This document shows, piece by piece, positions 28,739-35,104 of a stretch of 35,104 nucleotides of DNA. The notes beneath the pieces are model-generated. The model was not told the DNA's origin. It did no database searches and was given only the letters and a program-made list of their open reading frames with translations. The DNA comes from Sphaeroforma arctica JP610. Its lineage: Eukaryota. The translations under genes were made by a program, and so were the position numbers. The stretch is taken from assembly GCF_001186125.1 (NCBI RefSeq), contig NW_014040206.1:41524-76627 (forward strand), in the 5' to 3' direction. Numbering within the stretch: the stretch's first letter is position 1; every line of letters begins with the position of its first letter.

Positions 28739-29412
28739 CGCAATAGGTTTACGAGCCTTGAGCTTCTTTGTTAATCTGCACAATGGTCATTTGAGTTCGG
28801 ATATCGTTAGTTCGAATTATCCACGTTTACACAAAATGATAAACACAATATACATCCACAAACTTCTTGTGCGTGTGTGGAAAAAAAGCACTTTGCTTTG
28901 TTTTTTTTTATATTTAATTTCTATTTCTATTAGAATTTTGCAAGTAGCCTGCTCCTCTCTTTGAAAAAAAAGTGATGACCCCATAGTCATACTAATGTTA
29001 GTAAAATGATAAAGTTTTATACGTTTTAACGTAAACGGATGAGCTTGAGAAATACACCTAGTCGAAATCCCGATGGTACTAATTTAGTGCAAACAATTTA
29101 ACGGTTTAACGCAAAAAGAATTCTTTCGATGTGGACTCTGCTGGAGTCTGGAGTCTGGAGTCTGGAGTCTGGGGTGCAGTGTAAACTGTAAATACATGCA
29201 TACATATTGTCTCCAGAAGGAAGATTGTTTTTATTCACTGACATACTGTACCACAGGTTGACTATATATCCAATAGTTGTTCATTAGTTTACTATTGACT
29301 TCCATTCAAGGACACACCTGCTAACGTGAGCCTATTGTTCATCTGTTGACTATTGACGTTTGTCGAAGGACGCATCCGTCAACGTAAACTTTTGTAACTT
29401 TCTTATTTAAAG

Positions 29413-31061
29413 ATGACGGACGACCGCGATGGAATATTTTCGGGGGATTGTCCGGTTGGGATTGTGCGTCGTTGGCTTGCGGAAGCAGTAGAAACGGTAT
29501 GTACGTATCATTTCACAGTTAAAGAGTAGTTCAATTAAGGCGATTATGCTATAGTGACGAATCCTACATATCTCATCTATTTGAATTGAAGTCTTATAGG
29601 ATCACAAAGGAAACTGTGTAGGATCATAAACGAAACTGTCTTGATGGCCCAATGTTTAGCTTACGGTCTATACTTGGGTGTTAGGCAATTTTTGGCGGAT
29701 GGGTCACCTCTATTTCAGATGTCGCGCCTTCTAAAATAGACATAGAGGTGTTGACCATTACGTAGTTTGTGTAATTACTACTGTTGTTGAGCGTGCATGC
29801 GCGCTGGGGCGACCAACCACATTCACCACCCCGATGTGCACAAGACATTTTTTGAGTTATTCTCATATTTTGTTTTGCTTATGGTTAAAGCTCGATATTC
29901 TTACCTATTGCAAACACATGCATTCACGTGCAAAGCATTCAATTCGTGAGGTATGTTCAACTTATTCGTAAGGTATGTTTAACTGTGGAGATTTGGTTTG
30001 GCGACTTCTTCTGCAATCTGATCAACCCAGTGTGAAAAATCGATATCATATAGCAACTGTACATCAATATCGAGCAAACAACTGCTGTGTCGTTTTTATT
30101 AGTTTTACAATATCTCATGATGCACACTTTTCATTTTGACATTCGACAAGGTGCTGTAATTCCTGAGAACACCACATGTTATAGGCGCATTGTTCACTCT
30201 TTTTCCCATCTGCAGTGGGTTTTCACAGCAAGTGCTCTACGAACCTATGAAGGCTCACATTCTTGTGCTTTCATATAACAAAAAAGGTTACATTTAAATA
30301 TTTTCTTCGGACGGTCTGATATGCCGCTCAGCATTATTTTTGATCGAGTTTGATAGAGTACGGAAGAAGTGCTATAGTACACACTACCCGCTATTCGGGG
30401 CAAGATACGTTGCCAATTGCAATATATTTCAAGTTGGTTCTCATTTGCTCCTGTGTGCTATAATTAGGAGCCCGAGGAAGCTAATGCGATAGCTCTAGCT
30501 ACGGTCGACAGTACAGGCCTACCGAACGTGCGCATGGTCCTGCTCAAAGAGATAGAGGACAATGCCTTTATTTTTTACACCAACTACACCAGTAAGAAGG
30601 CCCAAGAAATAGATGAACCCTCAAGTGGAGACAGAGGCATATCACTAACCATTGGTGATAGTGTTATTCCTAACAGTAGTTCAAGTGCGTGTAAAGCCGC
30701 CTTTGTGATGCATTGGAAATCCTTGCATCGTCAAGTTCGAGTGCGTGGCTTAGTGAGTAAAGTGGAGAGCGAGAAATCTGAAGCATATTTTGCGTCACGG
30801 GCACGGGATAGTCGCGTGGGTGCTTGGGCATCATACCAGTCACAGCCCTTAAGGTGCAGAGACGACATAGAAGCTCGCATTAAAGAAATATCGGATACAC
30901 ACAAGGAGATCAACCGACCAAACTTCTGGGGTGGGTATAGGATCAAGCCTTTGGAGATCGAGTTGTGGGCGAATGGGCCGAATCGGGTACACGACCGCTT
31001 TCAATGGCGGCGAGATGACATTGTGGATCGACACTGGCGGGTGCAACGCCTGAATCCTTGA
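29413..31061 (+). CDS. pdxH: Pyridoxamine/pyridoxine 5'-phosphate oxidase (PdxH/PNPO), 2 exons, 225 aa
   Basis: Exon 1 is 29413-29496 ([34 protein letters not shown]), followed by a 971-nt GT-AG intron. Exon 2 is 30468-31061 ([27 protein letters not shown]...[13 protein letters not shown]...[13 protein letters not shown]...[19 protein letters not shown]...[15 protein letters not shown]...RVHDRF...WRVQRLNP*). Confidence 0.95.
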
Positions 31062-32515
31062 AAAGAGGTGCCGGTTTAGAACATTGACAATACGATGTAT
31101 CATGCGTTAATGTGGAGACATAGCGCCGAGCTTGCATAGACAAGTATAGAGGGAATCTAATGCAGTGTATTTACTCTAAACTGTAGAACATCAGTCATGA
31201 ATTGGAAAGTGCAAGAAGTACAACAAACTCAACGCTCCAATCCTCAGGCGACGTGGGATTCCGAGGGATTCAATTTGCATTAACAGCTTGAGGTTTTTCG
31301 CAGCTCGATTTCTAAGGATTTTAAAAGAGACAAATTCGATGCAGAAATGCAGTCCGATAGTGGTGTAGACTATAAGATCAATCTGGTGTTTACACGGCTA
31401 AGCCTGCCTTATATCCACTCCAACGTGGGGCGCATAACGCAGAATGGTAATTGAGCAAAGTGCTGGATTGGTCAATGCAGCGTTAAGACGAAAGTTTTTG
31501 TGGAAATACTCGATGGCAGCTGATACTAAAAGCAACAAGTCCTTGTAGAAGATTGGGTGGTCATTTGAATACAATGAAGGACAACATATGTGTCTCGTTG
31601 CCCACGGGTTTTTCATGCTCTTGAAGGAGCAATTACCAGCGTGTGATGTTGATGTGAGCGATTGACATAGTTGGTCATTGTTGTAACTCTCAGTTGAAAG
31701 AGGTTGTCTACTGCAAGCGCATCGAAGACAACAATCGGTCACTAAATTATACGAATAAGCATCACAAGAGTACAGTTGTCACCTTCAAGTAAAGAAATAT
31801 TGATCTGATCATTTCCGGTCAATTGTTCTCGTCACCAAAGCACCATTCCCAGTCACAAACAGTACTATATATGGAATTTATGGCGTTTTGTAATCTGTGG
31901 TGAGGATATAAATTCGATCTGTATACACAGGCGCGACTTATCGGTGCGACGGTGTTCGATCATATTGTGCGTCACAGTCATATATTCATAGTCAACCGAT
32001 CCTGTTTGTCACACTGCAGACACGCCGCACACGTTGCTATTTTTTTTTCTTAAACCGATCGAATCTTTTACAGAATTGAAGGAGTAAAATGCTTTACTTA
32101 CTACAACTGTTCTGCTTCATATATAAAATTCCTCACCAATGGAACTTCACTATTTTGCGAAAAAATGGATATGTACTCTATTATTTTTGTGTAATTTTCA
32201 GAAAGTTGTGTATTTTTCATTTTTGGCAATTGATGTACCACAAAGAACAGGAGGTCCACAGCCTACAAGCCACAGGTCACAATACAGGCCCAGACTCCAC
32301 AACCTAGCGCCCACAGCAGTCTTCAGTCTTCACTGACTGTCACCACGGGAGTCGGACTATATCACTACTTTATATATACAGTCAACAGGCCGCGAGATGT
32401 AGCTAAAACTTATTGTCAATTGTAGACACGCGGCTGTTGCAAAAACCCATGTACGACAGTCAAGTACACGACAGTGAAGTACAAGATTTACTCAACACTC
32501 AGAATAACTTTTCAT

Positions 32516-34647
32516 ATGGTACAGAGGATGTTCTGTTATATTAAGAAACGCGCTATTTTAGTGTCTGTTTTCGTAGCTTGTGCTTATGGTGCTGAGATAA
32601 GCGTAGAGCTGGGACAAGATATTTCAGAGGCAGTTTCTCGCGCACATCATGGGGACACCATTGTATTGAAAAATGGCAACCATTTTATCGGCAGGCCCGT
32701 GAATATAAATACTCAAATCAGTATTGTACCGGAAACAAAAGGTTTCGTGCAGCTTGTCGTACCCGACCAAACGTCTATAGCAGTTCAGTTTGGTGCCTCG
32801 GCAGCATTCGAATCTACAGTGGAAGATTTAGTTATACAGACAGAAGATGGCACCGAATGCAGCTTGGTTGAGCCGTACGCAATGCAAGCTGATTTTATAT
32901 TCGAGCTCGAAAAGGCAACAGTAAGTAACGAAAGATTGAACTTCGTTAGTAATACAGGCCCCTGGTATAATAGAAGGAAACTGACTGATCTACGGTTCGA
33001 AAATTGTAAATACAATGATTCTGCGAACAATCCTGTGACTGGGGTTGCGTACAAACTGCTCGGCAACTGTGATGGTCAATTTATATTTAATATTCCTCTT
33101 GGGGAGATAGGTGGGAGCGAAGGTTGTGGAGCTGCTGTAACTGAGCATAACACTTTCCAGGGGTACAGGGCGCAAATAAAAGGCGAGTGGTTTGAAACCA
33201 TCAAGAATGATAATCCGGGGGTGGCTCTGCCTGCGGTCGTTAGTAGGTCTCATAGCGCACAAATAGACACATACATCCAAATAGATACGATCCAAAACAT
33301 TGTGGTGGCGTTCAATGCGCACTACCTTAGGGACGACATTCGCCTTGCAATGGATGCTGTAGATGCGGGATACTACGACGGCTATCAACACTCGCGAATG
33401 CGAATAGAGATGCACATGAAAGCACCATATACAGTGGTGGGTGGCTACGAAGGTGTTGTGATAGTGGAAAATACCCTCACTCAAACGGTACAAGTCAGCG
33501 GCTATACTGTGTCCGAGAGCTGCAATCATCTTGATGCAGGCACTATCTGTGTGCAGAAAATTAAGTTTGATATTCAAACCTGTGATATGACTGGGCTCTA
33601 TACTCTGGTGGATATCCCACTAGGTTGCTCTGAAGCGAGTGCCGATGGTTCACCTATCGACTGTGCAGTTCAGACTGCAGACCAGCAATCCATAAATGTT
33701 ACATTCCACATGAGCACTGCCAACATCTGCGAACCCCCTCAAGGTTCAAAGTTGGAAAGTCGTGTAACCTCGACTGCTGAAGTGTATTCGGACATTTCGT
33801 ATTCCACCAAACTACCTGTCAATACCGTGATGGTAGGGGATGTATCGTTTTGGGCTATCGAGTTGAAAGGTCAAGCAGGTGTTAACAACATTTACAATGC
33901 TGGAATATTAGCTATTGAGCGCACTTCCGATGGGACTTGTGATTCGTATGGAAACTTCCTAGGCAACTTAAGCTTGTACAATCCAGACGATCTTCCAATT
34001 CAAACATTTGATCCCTTCGCGCAAACGATAGAAATCCAGCTACCTGTGACAGCCAGTACAGTACTAGAAATAGCGTCACAGTAAAGTTTAAGGTGAGCAT
34101 CGACTACGATGATGGCATTACTGGGGCGCCTGGTGTATCAACTCGCAGAGATACGGGCCTTGTAACCGTGACAGCGACTATTGGAGTTATGCATACTAAC
34201 GATTCGGAACTACGCGTAGAACTTGTGCAGAACGCGTCAGTCCCGAAAACTGAAGCATACGATGCAACGGATGTGGAAAAGGAGAGCTCATCTTCTGGTG
34301 CCAGGAATGCTATTCTAATTTCGTGTACGCTTTTGATTTTGCTAATCTGTTGTTGTGTGACCTGCAGTCTGATCGGCTACCATGTGATGAAACGAAGGAT
34401 ACAAAAGCGCAGGAAAGAAGAACGTTTATTAGAGAATAAGGTGCTAACCGAGGATCTATCATCTCTAAGTATCGGTTCAACAATAGCAGGTGTGACACCT
34501 CGTAGACCCCGGGCAAAATGTACCTTGGGGGTGCAGAGGCCTGGATCAGTCATAGAGTCCAACCTACAAGCAAACAACAGACACAGTATGATTGTGTCGC
34601 CACGTTTCCGGCGCTGTTCAAGCATCATTATTACAGAAAAAGTTTGA
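32516..34647 (+). CDS. Type I membrane/cell-surface protein (signal peptide, short beta-helix-like N-terminus, Cys-containing beta-rich ZP-like ectodomain, TM helix, basic tail); frameshifted near 34055-34064
   Basis: ORFs 32474..34084 and 34093..34647 lie in different frames that are both open over 34012-34084. Removing one copy of the tandem AGTAC (34055-34064) fuses them into ~708 aa. Hydrophobic signal AILVSVFVACAYG|AE; TM AILISCTLLILLICCCVTCSLIGY followed by KRRIQKRRK; AATAAA at 34721. It may be a pseudogenised allele or an assembly error. Confidence 0.8.
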
Positions 34648-35104
34648 AAAATGGGGTAGACGAAAAAAATGAATATTAATACGTCCGAATTCGCGGTTTT
34701 AACAGTAGAGAAAGTGTTTGAATAAACCCATCCAATGTATTCCTGGTATATAACGTTTTGGTCTCTTCAAGCTTTGTAGAAGTAGCGGTGTTCTCACGCT
34801 TCAATTATGTTGTGTGCGAAGTTGTACGATTTACATAGATTCCAGTGAACCCGTTCATATAGTATCGAAATTCGGTATGCCCCATTTGCTCAAAACAACA
34901 GTAATGATACAAACAACTTTGCACGTATGGACAATGCGAATACGTAATCGTCAACATATATGCAGGTTAACACGGATTCAACTTCCGCACGCAGACATGC
35001 GTGCCATGAGGATGTTTTGGGTGTTTAGAATGTGTAAGATGGCTATAAAAGTGATAAATAATTGTTAGGATGCCGTGGAATACATAATACTACATATATA
35101 TATA

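Noticed and set aside
29681..30090. Possible nested minus-strand gene inside the pdxH intron
   Set aside because: Only short open frames with no phase-consistent exon chain or recognisable domain.
31197..31800. Coding-like, stop-interrupted frames downstream of pdxH (including ORF 31398..31742)
   Set aside because: No recognisable motif or consistent splice model on either strand; cannot be supported without a homology search.
34081..34092. 12-nt GTAAAGTTTAAG as a tiny intron removing the stop codon
   Set aside because: Too short, and its length is a multiple of 3. Removal gives CAG TGA and does not join the two frames.

Overview
Eukaryotic, intron-rich genomic DNA with GT-AG spliceosomal introns, (TA)n microsatellites and three 20-N assembly gaps. 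The LPCAT3- and HEXA/B-like genes look opisthokont; a unicellular holozoan such as an ichthyosporean is plausible but cannot be proven from this window. Manual splicing gives seven protein-coding genes, most of them invisible or fragmented in the ORF track: (1) a minus-strand Ser/Thr-rich protein with two RFxV motifs and a C-terminal coiled coil; (2) a 7-exon, 249-aa membrane protein ending in a Zn-binding HNH/His-Me-finger-like domain (GCHTCG...DHQPP...QRFYAQCQNCSGKQG) that resembles bacterial polymorphic-toxin nuclease tips; (3) a 15-exon LPCAT3/MBOAT5-like acyltransferase; (4) an intronless secreted acidic repeat protein; (5) a 13-exon GH20 beta-hexosaminidase; (6) a 2-exon PdxH/PNPO of Rhodobacterales type, a likely horizontal acquisition that gained an intron; (7) a type I membrane protein with zona pellucida (ZP)-module-like architecture, split by a frameshift that a 5-bp duplication explains. 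Intergenic and promoter regions carry clusters of 5-7-bp duplications and micro-palindromes resembling accumulated transposon excision footprints. All family assignments come from motif recognition and recall; no database search was run.
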